The notes: a model not told the origin generated them from the letters alone. A stretch of 63,196 nucleotides of DNA, filler included, from Octopus bimaculoides (GCF_001194135.2; 6 parts of 5 records of this genome joined end to end with filler, not necessarily neighbours in it); one strand, 5' to 3'; counted from the first letter of the whole stretch, positions 28,855-41,891 are shown. Numbers and translations are program-made.

Positions 28855-28965
28855 CCGCCACGCTATGTTCCCAGTTATGTATCTATGTGTACATGTAGAT
28901 GAAGGTATGTACATACATGTAAATATATATGCATATACTCATATATTGATTATATATATATATAT
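28855..28965. repeat. Dispersed repeat; homolog at about 37755-37860
   Basis: GCCACG..ATGT.CCCAGTTATGTATCTA..TGTACATGTAGATGAA.GTATGTACATACATGTA.ATATATATGCATATACTCATAT is shared by both. Confidence 0.75.
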
Positions 28966-30099
28966 ATATATGCATACTCGACGATCTAGTAATTGAATTT
29001 GAACGCACTTCAACGTACTTCCTATTTCAAACATAAATATAGGCAATTTGAGCAGAAATTTTAGAGATTTTTGGTAGATACTCTTTAAATTACAATGAAG
29101 GCTTTTAACTAATGATGTAAATCTGTTTTATATTTGAAAACAACACCAGTGGATGGACTAAATATTTACTATTGCGAACATGTACAGTTTCGTTTCTGAG
29201 ATCGAATCCCGCTGTAGCGCAAATTCGCATTTTAATTCTTAAAGGATCGATAAAAACTAGACAGGTAATGGGGTTGAAGTAATCGATTATATCCTCCTCT
29301 TTCATGTCTAACCTTTTACAAGTTTCAGAAATCGATAGTTCTGACGCTGGATGAGTTGATAGCATATCGTTTAGACGCCAGATCATGTACTTACATCGAT
29401 GTTATATCCAAGATACAACAACAAAAGAGGTTGGCTGCCTAATAAAATGTAATGTAGTGAGAAGATGAAAGTAGAACCAACTTTGTGGCAGAAGTGGATA
29501 TTGTTTCCGTAAGTTATAATGACGAGTTCATTTGATCCTCTAATGAGATCTTGCGAACATTAAGTGATGTCGAATCTAACGGAAGATGTATTGCTAGATT
29601 CCAGATATATCGCTTTTTATATCCCTCGGTATAATCATGCATTCATTCGGACATCCAAAGAAAGCACACGTAAAAATAAATACATAGATTCATACATATA
29701 TGCATATGTGTCTATGTGTATGTATAGGTATATACTCATAAAAGGAGAAATGGGAGACGAATATATAGAGAGAGAAAGAGAGAAAGATATACATAGATGT
29801 GAACAGGGTAACATAAATGTTCCGATTTTGTGTTGTTACAATCCGTAAAGAGTACGCGTTTCATTGTAAATTTAATTTCTATTTTACATATACACCAAGG
29901 TCAACTTTCACTTTCATCCTTTCGGGGCCAATAATGTATGTACCAGTTGTGCACTGGGGTCGATGTAATCGATTTAACCGCTTCTCCAAATTACAGGCCA
30001 AAATTTGAAATGAATTATCTTTCACTAGTCGGGAAATGGTGGAGGTACATAGCNNNNNNNNNNTTTGAAATGAATTATCTTTCACTAGTCGGGAAATGG

Positions 30100-30350
30100 T
30101 GGAGGTACATAGCCTAGTAGTTAGAGAAGCGGACTTGTGGTCGAGGGATCGCGGTTTCGAATATCAGACCGGGAGATGTCTGTGTGTTTATGAGCGAAAC
30201 CCCTCAGCTCCACGTGGCTCCAGCAGAAAGTAAGGGCAAACTTCTGCTGACTCTTTCGCCACAATTTTCTCTCACTCTTTCCTCCTGCATGTAGCAGCTC
30301 ACCTGCGACCGACCGGCGTTCCGTCCAGATGACGAACCTATACGCCAGAA
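30100..30350 (+). mobile_element. Degraded SINE family C
   Basis: GGAGGTACATAGCCTAGTAGTTAG head, GGTTTCGAAT B box and CTCCACGTGGCTCC body. Confidence 0.75.
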
Positions 30351-31699
30351 GCGATTATATATAAAAGAGTGCGTGTGTGTGTGTGTATGTATACATATGT
30401 ATACGTGTATACATATGTCTATGTATAAATATATGCATACATATATACATACAAAACTGTCCGATTAAAAGGAACGTGAAACTCCGAGTAACAGTTTTTT
30501 GTTATATTTCTGCTGCTTTNNNNNNNNNNGTATGTATGTATATCATTATTCAATTTTATTTTAAGATTTCTCGCTAATAGAGAAAGAACCGGTTTCTAAC
30601 CTAAATTCAAGGCTCCTTCATTAGAGCTTCAACATCAACAACAGGGTATGTATGTATTTCTGTAGGTTTGTCTGTCTGTATTTATTTATGTATGCATGTA
30701 TATGTCTTCCATAACATTTATGACATGCGAATTCACTCAGAAGGCATTGATCCGCCCAGAATTATAGTAGAAGTCCTTCAAGACCCTTAACTATTGTGCC
30801 GCGCAGTGGGACTGAACTTGAGTGTAAATGATTGCAGAGCGAGCTTCCTAACCGTGTAAAACTACCTGCCCTCATATCAAAATAGTATAAAAGTGTCGAG
30901 CCGTGGATCTCAGAACGGGTGCAACGTGGATGTGAAGCACATCTGTGAAGTACGTCTCCGTGTCTAAGGTAACGTACGCCAGGCCTCTGACAAGCACTCA
31001 GAGGCAGATGGATTAAATTTAAGTGGAAAACTCGATTCATGGCTTATCGTTTTACTGACGACGGAATTGTAATTCAAGCAATTTAGTGAACAATATTAAT
31101 GAAACACTGTGGCGTTCTTTACATCTTTACAGTTGAGCTTAGAAAAAAATCTGGTGCAAAAAAGAAACACGTAGGGATTGGGTTAGTCTTTGTGTTTCTT
31201 TACTGGTCAAAGTAAGTTACATATACAACACCTGATGTCAAGCACTTGTGACTGATATACAGGTCAAACACCGTTCACCATGAAACACACACACACGCGC
31301 TCACATACGCGCACACAATCACACGTGCGCAAACTCAAAAACTCACACAAATCTTAATGCTAGATTTTACTCCGGTGTAAGAAAACAATTACTTAGATTT
31401 CTATCGTTAACCTAAATGTCAAATTGAATGTGTCTCACATGCTAAATACATTACAGCGTGGTTAAATTTACTTTATCTTTCTCGTTCACATTCCTCACAA
31501 CTCACAATAACAATGAAAATAAAAAAATTAAAAAAAGGTATATATGACAATCAACATATTAATACTGTTGTCAGCAATATCACGTCGTTCGAACATTTTG
31601 TATGCATGTGTATGTGCGTGTTTGTGCGTGTGCGTATACATACATACATGTATATATTTATATGTGTATCTGCATGTACATGTGCATATATATATATAT

Positions 31700-31799
31700 N
31701 NNNNNNNNNNNNNNNNNNNNNNNNNNNNNNNNNNNNNNNNNNNTTAATTAATTAANNNNNNNNNNNNNNNNNNNNNNNNNNNNNNNNNNNNNNNNNNNN
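31700..31799. other. Artificial scaffold join
   Basis: 44 N + TTAATTAATTAA (31744-31755) + 44 N. Confidence 0.95.
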
Positions 31800-31809
31800 T
31801 ATATATATA

Positions 31810-31970
31810 TACGACGGGCTTCTTTCAGTTTCCGTCTACCAAATCCACTCACAAGGCTTTGGTCGGCCCGAGGCTATAGTAGAAGACACTTGCCCATGAT
31901 GCCATGCAGTGGGACTGAACCCGGAACCATGTGGCTGGTAAGCAAGCTACTTACCACACAGCCACTCCTG
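31810..31970 (-). mobile_element. SINE family B head and body
   Basis: ACGACGGGCTTCTTTCAG...ACCACACAGCCACTCCT. Confidence 0.88.
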
Positions 31971-32234
31971 TAGATATGCAGTCTTTGGGTTGTGCTTGTG
32001 TGAATTTTGAGGATGCTCTGTGTGTGTGTGTGTGTGCATGGACCTGTAATGTTTGCAGGTATGGAATGTGCTGGCTCCCTTTGCCCTGTACCCTCTTATT
32101 TAGGGAGTTACCAAACTCGTAGATGAGTTACCTACAGTGCAGTTGGCTCTGTGTGTATTTGTCTGTGACAGGACAACAAAAAAAGCTCCTTTTGTTCTGC
32201 ACCTCTTATTTAAGGAGTTACCAAACTTCTAGAT

Positions 32235-32540
32235 CAGGGGTTTTCAAACTGTGGTCCGCGGACCACAGGGGGTCCGCAAGGACAAGACAGGGTGTCTGTG
32301 GAAAGCCAAGACAGGGGGTCCATGCAGAGCCAAGCAAGCACATCCTTCTCACTAAGTATGTATTAAAAAAATCCTGTGTGTAAAATTGACAAGAAACCTA
32401 TTTGCTAAATACTGTTAAATAAATAATGTAAAAATATATGTTATTTTAAGCAAATATTTATGTATAAATTTCATAAGCGTTTATAAGGTAAAGCCTGAAA
32501 TATAAAGGGGTCCGCAAGTCAAAAAGTTTGAAAACCCCTG
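32235..32540. mobile_element. hAT (Charlie-like) MITE, 306 bp
   Basis: Perfect 16-bp TIRs CAGGGGTTTTCAAACT / AGTTTGAAAACCCCTG; flanks TTCTAGAT and ATCTAAGA resemble the NTCTAGAN Charlie target, but the TSD is imperfect. Confidence 0.88.
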
Positions 32541-32592
32541 ATCTAAGAGATACCGCCATGCTGAAAATAGCAGCCAAACCTTGACTCTAAAC

Positions 32593-32795
32593 CAGGGGTT
32601 TTCAAACTGTGGTCTGCAAGGACAAGACAGGGGGTCCGTGGACAGCAAATACTTTTTATGGGCAATTTGATTTTATATGTTTTTTAATCGAAATCTTTTA
32701 ATTGACAATAAACCTATTTTGTTAAATACTGTTAAATAAATAAATGTAAAAATATATGTTATTTTAAGCAAATATTTATGTATAAATTTCATAAG
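32593..32795. mobile_element. Second copy of the same hAT MITE family, cut by a gap
   Basis: Same TIR after CTCTAAAC; shares the internal AT-rich segment with 32380-32478. Confidence 0.85.
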
Positions 32796-33292
32796 NNNNN
32801 NNNNNNNNNNNNNNNNNNNNNNNNNNNNNNNNNNNNNNNNNNNNNNNNNNNNNNNNNNNNNNNNNNNNNNNNNNNNNNNNNNNNNNNNNNNNNNNNNNNN
32901 NNNNNNNNNNNNNNNNNNNNNNNNNNNNNNNNNNNNNNNNNNNNNNNNNNNNNNNNNNNNNNNNNNNNNNNNNNNNNNNNNNNNNNNNNNNNNNNNNNNN
33001 NNNNNNNNNNNNNNNNNNNNNNNNNNNNNNNNNNNNNNNNNNNNNNNNNNNNNNNNNNNNNNNNNNNNNNNNNNNNNNNNNNNNNNNNNNNNNNNNNNNN
33101 NNNNNNNNNNNNNNNNNNNNNNNNNNNNNNNNNNNNNNNNNNNNNNNNNNNNNNNNNNNNNNNNNNNNNNNNNNNNNNNNNNNNNNNNNNNNNNNNNNNN
33201 NNNNNNNNNNNNNNNNNNNNNNNNNNNNNNNNNNNNNNNTTCCTGTCAGCTACACACATACACACACTCACACATTCTATCTCTCTCTCTCG

Positions 33293-33350
<58 letters not shown>

Positions 33351-33639
33351 CTCTTTCTTTCACACATATTCACTCACATTCATTCACTCTCACTCACACT
33401 CATTCACTCACTCTCACTCATTCACTGGGTTGGACAGAATTCATTGAAACAGATCTTCTATGACTGGACGCTCTTTCTGTCACCAACCCTCACCTGTTTC
33501 CAAGCAAGGTAACATTTCCTTGAAGGTCAGACATGTTCTTGTGGAACGTTGGAAATGAATGGCCCTGGTTACCAGATGGTGACAATCACTTGAAACGACC
33601 ATGCAATGTCACGGCAAGGAGACAATCGTTTCTACTTCG

Positions 33640-33830
33640 GGTGTAAGGTCTGAAATTTTGTGGCCAGAGGCTAGTTGATCGTATCGACCCCACTGCTCAA
33701 CACCTAGTTTATTTTATTGACCCTGAAAGGATGAAAAGTGAAGCTGGCCTAAGCAGCGTTTGAACTCGGAACGTAATGTTATAAGAAATGTCACAAAGTA
33801 TTTTGTCTGGCTTGCTAATAATTCTGCCAT
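33640..33830 (-). mobile_element. Degraded family A-related SINE
   Basis: ATCGACCCC, GACCCTGAAAGGATGAAA, TTTGAACTC and ATTCTGCCATCTTGC motifs. Confidence 0.6.
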
Positions 33831-34049
33831 CTTGCTGCAAAGAAAAAATAACACACACACACACACACACACGCCTGCACTTTGTCTTCCAATGTACTTG
33901 TTGTCCCTATCGATGATGGTACCATGTAAAAAGCACTGGTGTTGGTGCCACCTTCTTTTGCCAAACTTCTAAGTTATGGGGATGTAAACACAATAATACC
34001 AGTTGTGAAGCACTGGTGGGGGATAAATGCATGTATGCACGCACACACA

Positions 34050-34418
34050 GGCTTCTTTCAGTTTCCGTCTACCAAATTCACTCACAAGGCTTTGGTCAGC
34101 CCGAGGCTATAGTAGAAGACACTTGCCCAAGGTTTTACACAGTGGGACTGAACCCAGGACCTCGTGCTTAGGAAACAAGCTTCTTACCACACAGCTATAC
34201 CTGCACCTGACACAACTGGCTTCTTTCAGTTTCCATCTACCAAATTCACTCACAAGGCTTTGGTCAGCCCGAGGCTATAGTAGAAAACACTTGCCCAGGG
34301 TGCCACACAGTGGGACTGAACCTGGAACCATGCGTTTAGGAAACAAGCTTCTTACCACACAGCTATGCCTGCACCTGACATGACTGGCTTCTTTCAGTTT
34401 CCATCTACCAAATTCACT
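34050..34418 (-). repeat. Tandem array of SINE B heads, 168-bp unit x 2.2
   Basis: GGCTTCTTTCAG starts at 34050, 34218 and 34386. Confidence 0.9.
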
Positions 34419-34703
34419 TATTCTATCGGTCTCTTTTTGCCGAGCCGCTAAGTTACGGGGACGTAAACACACCAGCGTCGGTTGTCAAGCGATAGTGAGG
34501 GGACAAACACAGACACACAAACATATACACACACATACTTATATATATATACGACGGGCTTCTTTCAGTTTCCGTCTACCAAATCCACTCGCAAAGCTTT
34601 GGTCGGCCCGAGGTTATAGTCGAAGACACTTGCCCGAGGTGCTACACAGTGGGACTGAACCCGGGACCACGTGGTTGAGAGGCAAGCTTCTTACCACACA
34701 GCA
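34419..34703 (-). mobile_element. SINE family B, 3'-truncated
   Basis: Tail fragment TATTCTATCGGTCTC, microsatellite centre, then body and head. Confidence 0.85.
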
Positions 34704-35102
34704 GACGAGCCTTTTTCTTACTAGAAAAAAAAACAAAATCAACAGCCACTGAAGCTATCAAATGTTATTGCAGTGAGTAAAATAACACGACCTCTTGTGT
34801 TTGTGGACAAAGGTGAGAGACGCCACTCTCTCTCTCTCTCTCTCTGAGGTGTCCTTTGGAAGCAGCAGCAGCCAGCTGTTTTCCTTCCACCGTAAATAGC
34901 TCGTTAGAAGTAGGTTAATGAATCTGCGAGCAAGAAACCGTAAAGGACATTATGTAGGCCTTCATGTGTCGTTTGGTTGATGGTGACTGTCTGCCATTGT
35001 GTGTGACGTGGTATACAATTGTTGTGAGTGATATTATATCAGGGGTTTTAGCTCCAGATTAGATTTGGTTTGACAGACCTATGATCAGAGATGCCCTTCT
35101 TC

Positions 35103-35617
35103 GTTGTGGTTTAGCCCCAGGTCGGTCCTGATCCAGTAGACCTGTGATCAAAGATGTTCCATTTGTGATTATCCCTGTTTTTTTTTATTCAGACATAGTG
35201 TATCTAGGACTACATTATCTAATGTGCCCTTCTTCGTTAATGTTGTTTAGCCCCAGGTCACTCTTGATCCAGTAGACCTATGATCAGAGATGTTCCAGCT
35301 GTGACCATCCTGTTTTTGATAAAGGCATAGTGTATCTAGGACTACATTATCTAATGTGCCATTCCTTCTTGTTGTTGTTTAGCCACAGGTTAGTCCTGAT
35401 CCAGTAGCACTGTGATCAAAGATGTTCCAGCTGTGACCATCCCTGTCTTTTATTCAAACATAATGTATCTAGGACTACATTATCTAATGTGTCCTTCCTT
35501 GTTGCTGTTGTTGTTTAACCCCAGGTCAGTCCTGATCCAGCAGACCTGTGATCAAAGATGTTTCAGCTGTGACCATCCTGTCTTTTATTCAGGCATAGTG
35601 TATCTAGGACTACATTA
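35103..35617. repeat. Minisatellite, about 135-bp unit x 4, derived from a retroelement 3' tail
   Basis: TTTA(G/A)CC starts at 35110, 35246, 35378 and 35514. The minus strand ends ...GACCTGGGGCTAAACAACAAC; a dispersed monomer lies at about 39230-39300. Confidence 0.9.
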
Positions 35618-35744
35618 ATTAAATCAAGATATTTTTGTATGTTGAATAAAATCATAATTAACTGATCCTCCTCTATTTTCTTTTGCCTAAAGCCAGGAAC
35701 TTTTCAGCACCCCATTAAACATACATACATATGTATATATACTC

Positions 35745-36150
35745 TTTTACTCTTTTACTTGTTTCAGTCATTTGACTGCGGCCGTGCTGGAGCACCACCT
35801 TTAGTCGAGCAAATCGACCCCAGGACTTATTCTTTGAAAGCCTAGTACTTATTCTATCGGTCCCTTTTGCTGAACCGCTAAGTTACGGAGGATGTAAACA
35901 CACCAGCATCGGTTGTCAAGCGATGGTGGAGGGACACACACAGACACACAAACACACATGCATACATATATATATATATACATATATAACGACGGGCTTC
36001 TTTCAGTTTCCGTCTACCAAATCCACTCACAAGGCTTTGGTCGGCCCGAGACTATAGTAGAAGACACTTGCCCAAGGTGCCACGCAGTGAGACTGAACCC
36101 GGAACCATGTGGTTGGTAAGCAAGCTACTTACCACACAGCCACTCGTACG
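35745..36150 (-). mobile_element. SINE family B, full length
   Basis: Complete tail (TACTCTTTTACTCTTTTAC), centre, body and head. Confidence 0.92.
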
Positions 36151-36151
36151 C

Positions 36152-36187
<36 letters not shown>

Positions 36188-36190
<3 letters not shown>

Positions 36191-36330
36191 GTTAGGAAGG
36201 GCATCCAGCTGTAGAAACTCTGCCAAATTAGATTGGAGCCTGGTGTAGCCATCCGGTTGCACCAGTCCTCAGTCAAATCGTCCAACCCATGCTAGCATGG
36301 AAAGCGGACGTTAAACGATGATGATGATGA
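36188..36330 (+). mobile_element. Short retroposon D in a (TA)n tract
   Basis: GGCGTTAGGAAGGGCATCCAGCTGTAG...GGACGTTAAAC(GAT)n, flanked by TA repeats on both sides. Confidence 0.82.
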
Positions 36331-36984
36331 TATATATATAATCTTAAAAATATATTCCTGGTATATTTTAAGATGTAATTAGACATGCTAATTGTTCCCG
36401 AAATAGCTAAAATGGTATTGACACGTTTTGTGCCAGTCGCTCTACTTTTAAATGTATACAAAATTTATGGTCCACATAGGTTCATAGACTTCTAGCACCA
36501 TGTGACGTTACTGTCATGAGAGTGAGTGTACAAAACCTTGATAAATCCAGCTGGTGACCCCTCTGACTACTGTGCCACAAAGGTCAACCAGTTTACAGAA
36601 ACAGGTCTGTGTCCTGATGAAAAAGTTGGTTACATGGCAATTTGGGTGAGACTGTTTCACAATACGAGTTCTGACCAAAAAGTGTCGAAACTGGTGTTAT
36701 AAAAACAAAACTACAAGACATAGGCGCAGGAGTGGCTGTGTGGTAAGTAGCTTGCCTACCAACCACATGGGTCGATTTGCTCATGGTTGCGAGCCTGATG
36801 TTTTAACCACTGAGCCATGCACCTTCACAGACTGCAAATGTAATATATTTAGTTACGTCACCACACCCAGTTTACAGTGTGCACTTTTGTGCTGTATTCT
36901 AAGGTTGTCTTTGGCAACCTTGTGCTTCAGGTAATGACCTTCTGTAAATTTATCTACAAAATGTATCATAGGTGCAGGTGTGGC

Positions 36985-37250
36985 TAAGTTACGGGGACGC
37001 AAACACACCAGCATCGGTCGTCAAGCGAAGCTGGGGGGACAAACACAGACACGCAAACATACACACACACATACACACATATATATATACATATATACGA
37101 CGGGCTTCTTTCAGTTTCCGTCTACCAAATCCACTCAAGGCTTTGGTCGGCCCGAGACTATAGTAGAAGACACTTGCCCAAGGTGCCACGCAGTGAGACT
37201 GAACCCAGAACCATGTGGTTGGTAAGCAAGCTACTTACCACACAGCCACT
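36985..37250 (-). mobile_element. SINE family B, partial
   Basis: Matches 35880-36145. Confidence 0.85.
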
Positions 37251-38635
37251 AAAATATCCACAATGGTGTTGTTTTGTTTATGTCTCCAGTAAGCTTAACA
37301 TCCTGTAAGCTCTGCACTCACAATGTAGGGAAATAAAATGGAAAATCCTAAGAAAGGAACAATAAAGGGTTGGTGTCTGGGAGAGCATAAGGCTGTATAA
37401 ATACTAGTACCTGGAACAAGTGGCCTTCTAACCTATGCCAGCATTGCAAAACAGATGTAAAACAAATGAGTGTGTGTGTGTGTGTGTGTGCGTGTGTGCA
37501 TGCGTAATCAACTTTTAGGTAACTTATGATACACACATACACATGCACACACACATACACACACACACATACATGTACCATGTTAGTCATTGTGTATGTA
37601 CATGTGTATGTGTATATATATATATATATATATACAAACACACATAGATACATAGACATGAACTTACTGTATATATTTTTGCATACACTTACGTATGAAC
37701 TTTGTGTGTTGCTTGTTTGTTGCACCTTGTTTACCATTTTGTCCTCGTTCTTTTGCCACGTCATGTACCCAGTTATGTATCTACATGTACATGTAGATGA
37801 ATGTATGTACATACATGTACATATATATGCATATACTCATATTGTTTATATATATATATATATATATATAATCATAAATATATAGGGATTTACAGTAACC
37901 TGCTTCTCCAACATACTCAGTATGTTGGAGAAGCAGGTTACTGTCAATCCCTATATATTTATGATTATAAATGTTTNNNNNNNNNNNNNNNNNNNNNNNN
38001 NNNNNNNNNNNNNNNNNNNNNNNNNNNNNNNNNNNNNNNNNNNNNNNNNNNNNNNNNNNNNNNNNNNNNNNNNNNNNNNNNNNNNNNNNNNNNNNNNNNN
38101 NNNNNNNNNNNNNNNNNNNNNNNNNNNNNNNNNNNNNNNNNNNNNNNNNNNNNNNNNNNNNNNNNNNNNNNNNNNNNNNNNNNNNNNNNNNNNNNNNNNN
38201 NNNNNNNNNNNNNNNNNNNNNNNNNNNNNNNNNNNNNNNNNNNNNNNNNNNNNNNNNNNNNNNNNNNNNNNNNNNNNNNNNNNNNNNNNNNNNNNNNNNN
38301 NNNNNNNNNNNNNNNNNNNNNNNNNNNNNNNNNNNNNNNNNNNNNNNNNNNNNNNNNNNNNNNNNNNNNNNNNNNNNNNNNNNNNNNNNNNNNNNNNNNN
38401 NTGGTGGTGGTGGTGGTGGTGGTGGTGGTGGTGATGTTTATCTCTGAGTCGTTTGGGCTGGCAATTGTGTTCTTTGTTTTCTCAAACTGCTCTTTTCCCC
38501 TTCTATTCTTACTTTCTCATCTCTCTCTCTCTCTCTCTCCCTGTGATGTGTGTGTGTGTGTGTGTCTTTCACCTCATATTCTCATTTATTACATTGTCTA
38601 CCTTCAGCTATTTATGCATCTTTTTCTACCCTCTT

Positions 38636-38694
<59 letters not shown>

Positions 38695-38725
38695 CAACAC
38701 CCATGTGTGTATATGTGTGTATATG

Positions 38726-38759
<34 letters not shown>

Positions 38760-38946
38760 TATATACATACACACATGCCAACACCCTTGTGTGTATATGT
38801 ATGTACATGTTTTTATATATATATGTATGTATATGCATAGATACCACCGCCCATGTGTGTACATGTAGGTGTATATATGTTTATATAAGTATGTCTTCTT
38901 CACTTACATATATTACATTATATATGGATGTCTTTGTGTGTATATG

Positions 38947-38984
<38 letters not shown>

Positions 38985-39301
38985 CATATGTTTTCTCCTT
39001 TATATATTGCGTCATATTAACAAGTATTCATCTGTGTGTGTGCGTGTGTGTGTGTGTATACACTCACACACACAAACCTCTCCCACGTATACTTAAACGT
39101 TTATCAACATCTGTAAACACATACACACACCCTCACTATACTTAGGTAGCTAACAAGCAGAAACACTCACACACTCACTCTAACACCCACACACACACAC
39201 ACACACATACACACTCACACACACTCAGACTTTGATCATCGGTCTGCTGGGTCAGGACTGACCTGGGGCTAAACACCGACAACAAGGAAGGACACATTCG
39301 A

Positions 39302-39401
39302 NNNNNNNNNNNNNNNNNNNNNNNNNNNNNNNNNNNNNNNNNNNNTTAATTAATTAANNNNNNNNNNNNNNNNNNNNNNNNNNNNNNNNNNNNNNNNNNN
39401 N
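39302..39401. other. Artificial scaffold join
   Basis: 44 N + TTAATTAATTAA (39346-39357) + 44 N. Confidence 0.95.
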
Positions 39402-39862
39402 GTGTTGGTGGTAGTAGTGCTGGTAACTGCTGTATAAGAAGAGTTGGTGGCGGTAATAGTAGTGCCGGTAGTGGTATTAGTGGTTACTAATGATTTTTGG
39501 TGACAGTGGAGATGACGGTACTGGCGTTGATGGTAGTTGCAATGGTAACTGTTGTGGTGTTGGTAGTGGTAGTAGTAGTAGTAGTANNNNNNNNNNAATA
39601 CTAATGCCTGTTCATTTCGATCATAAATATTTGATGCAGTAAATTACTAACTTTGCTATTCCTCTAATTTTCACGTGGTAGTAGTATTGGCAGTAGTGTT
39701 GGTGGTAGTAGTGCTGGTAACTGCTGTATAAGAAGAGTTGGTGGCGGTAATAGTAGTGCCGGTAGTGGTATTAGTGGTTACTAATGATTTTTGGTGACAG
39801 TGGAGATGACGGTACTGGCGTTGATGGTAGTTGCAATGGTAACTGTTGTGGTGTTGGTAGTG

Positions 39863-39895
<33 letters not shown>

Positions 39896-40192
39896 ATCAC
39901 TATAGTTATGTTGTTAATGATAGTAGTGATGACTGTAGTTGTGTTGGTGGTAGTAGTGGTAGTGGTACTTCTAGTAGTAGTTGTAGTAGTAGTAGTGGTG
40001 GTGGTTTGATAGTAGTAGTAGTAATGGTGGTGGTAGTAGTAGTAGTAGTAATGGTGGTGGTGGTGGTGGTGTTGGTAGTGGTAGTAGTAGTAATAGTGGT
40101 GGTAGTAATGGTGGTGGTGTTGTTGGTGGTGGTAGTGGTAGTAGTAGTAGTAGTAGTAGTAGTAATAGTGGTGGTAGTAGTAGTAGTAGTAA

Positions 40193-40240
<48 letters not shown>

Positions 40241-40318
40241 CGGTGGTGGTGGTAGTAGTAGTAGTAGTAGTAACTGCAGTGAAACAAGTGGTAGTAGGAG
40301 TGGTGACTGTAGTGGTGT

Positions 40319-40358
<40 letters not shown>

Positions 40359-40380
40359 GGTAGCAGTGATGGCGACTGTA
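39402..40380. repeat. (GTA)/(GGT) low-complexity tract
   Basis: Mixed trinucleotide repeats. Confidence 0.9.
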
Positions 40381-40502
40381 TAGGCGTTTGCGTTAGTGGT
40401 GACTTATAACGGTGCTGGTTGTTAGCAGTGTTAGGAGGGAGGAGGAGGAGATGTATGACCGACTGCGTCACATATGTTTCATTCCCTCTACCTCTAGGCA
40501 CC

Positions 40503-41891
40503 TCTTCTCTCTCTCTCTTTCTATCTCTCCTCTTTCTTTCTCCACCTTCGCTCTGTCTCTTTGCCTCATCTCTGTTTGTCTTTCTCGTTTCTTCTCCCTT
40601 TTTGTCTCTTCGTCTCTCTCTCTCTCTTTGTCTCTTCGTCTCTCTCTTTGTTTCTTCGTCTCTCTCTTTGTCTCTTCGTCTCTCTCCCTCTTTGTCGCTT
40701 CGTCTCTCTCCCTCTTTGTCACTTCGTCTCTCTCTTTGTCTCTTCGTCTCTCTCTCTTTCTTTGTTTCTTCGTCTCTCTCTTTGTTTCTTCGTCTCTCTC
40801 TTTGTCTCTTCGTCTCCCTCTCTCTTTGTTTCTTCGTCTCTCTCTCTCTCTTCGTCTCTCTCTTTGTCTCTTCGTCTCTCTCTTTGTCTCTTCGTCTCTC
40901 TCTTTGTCTCTTCGTCTCTCTCTTTCTTTGTTTCTTCGTCTCTCTCTTTGTTTCTTCGTCTCTCTCTTCGTCTCTTCGTCTCCCTCTCTCTTTGTTTCTT
41001 CGTCTCTCTCTCTCTCTCTTCGTCTCTCTCTCTCTTTGTTTCTTCGTCTCTCTCTTTGTCCCTTCGTCTCCCTCTCTCTTTGTCTCTTCGTCTCTCTCTC
41101 TTTGTTTCTTCGTCTCTCTCTTTGTCCCTTCGTCTCTCTCTCTCTTTGTTTCTTCGTCTCTCTCTCTCTTTGTTTCTTCGTCTCTCTCTTTGTTTCTCTC
41201 TCTATCTCTCTCTTTGTCACTTGTCTCTCTCCCTCTTTGTCTCTTCGTCTCTCTCTCTCTCTTTGTCTCTTCGTCTCTCTCTCTCTTTGTTTCTCTCTCT
41301 ATCTCTCTCTTTGTCTCTTCGTCTCTCTCCCTCTTTGTCTCTTCGTCTCACTCTCTCTTCTTGTCTCTTCGTCTCTCTCTTTGTTCCTTCGTCTCTCTCT
41401 CTCTTTGTTCCTTCGTCTCTCTCTCTCTTTGTTTCTCTCTCTATCTCCCTCTTTGTCTCTTCGTCTCTCTCTCTCTCTTTGTCTCTTCGTCTCACTCCCT
41501 CTTTGTCTCTTCGTCTCTATCTCTCTCTTTGTCTCTTCGTCTCTCTCTCTCTCTTTGTTTCTTCGTCTCTCTCTCTCTTTGTCTCTTCGTCTCTCTCTCT
41601 CTCTTTGTTTCTTCGTCTCTCTCTTTGTCTCTTCGTCTCTCTCTCTCTCTCTTTGTTTCTTCGTCTCTCTCTCTTTGTTTCTTCGTCTCTCTCTCTTTGT
41701 CTCTTCGTCTCTCTCTCTCTCTTTGTTTCTTCGTCTCTCTCTTTGTTTCTTCGTCTCTCTCTTTGTCTCTTCGTCTCTCTCTCTCTCTCTTTGTTTCTTC
41801 GTCTCTCTCTCTCTCTTTGTCTCTTCGTCTCTCTCTTTGTTTCTCTCTCTATCTCTCTCCCTGTCTCTTTGTTCCTCTTTCCTTCTATCCC
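40503..41891. repeat. 1.4-kb composite pyrimidine satellite, CTTTGT(C/T)TCTTCGT(CT)n
   Basis: A roughly 20-26 nt variable unit repeated dozens of times; one strand is almost devoid of A. Confidence 0.92.

Noticed and set aside
30004-30113. Exact 50-bp direct repeat
   Set aside because: Flanks a 10-N gap; unmerged contig overlap.
34050-35617. Regularly spaced repeats as a possible CRISPR array
   Set aside because: Whole units repeat with no unique spacers, derive from SINE/LINE parts, and there are no cas genes.
39402-39880. About 185-bp direct repeat (39402-39586 vs 39696-39880)
   Set aside because: Sits between a scaffold join and a 10-N gap; most likely a haplotype or assembly duplicate.
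39781-40501. Poly-Val, His/Tyr and Pro/Leu ORFs
   Set aside because: Translations of trinucleotide repeats.
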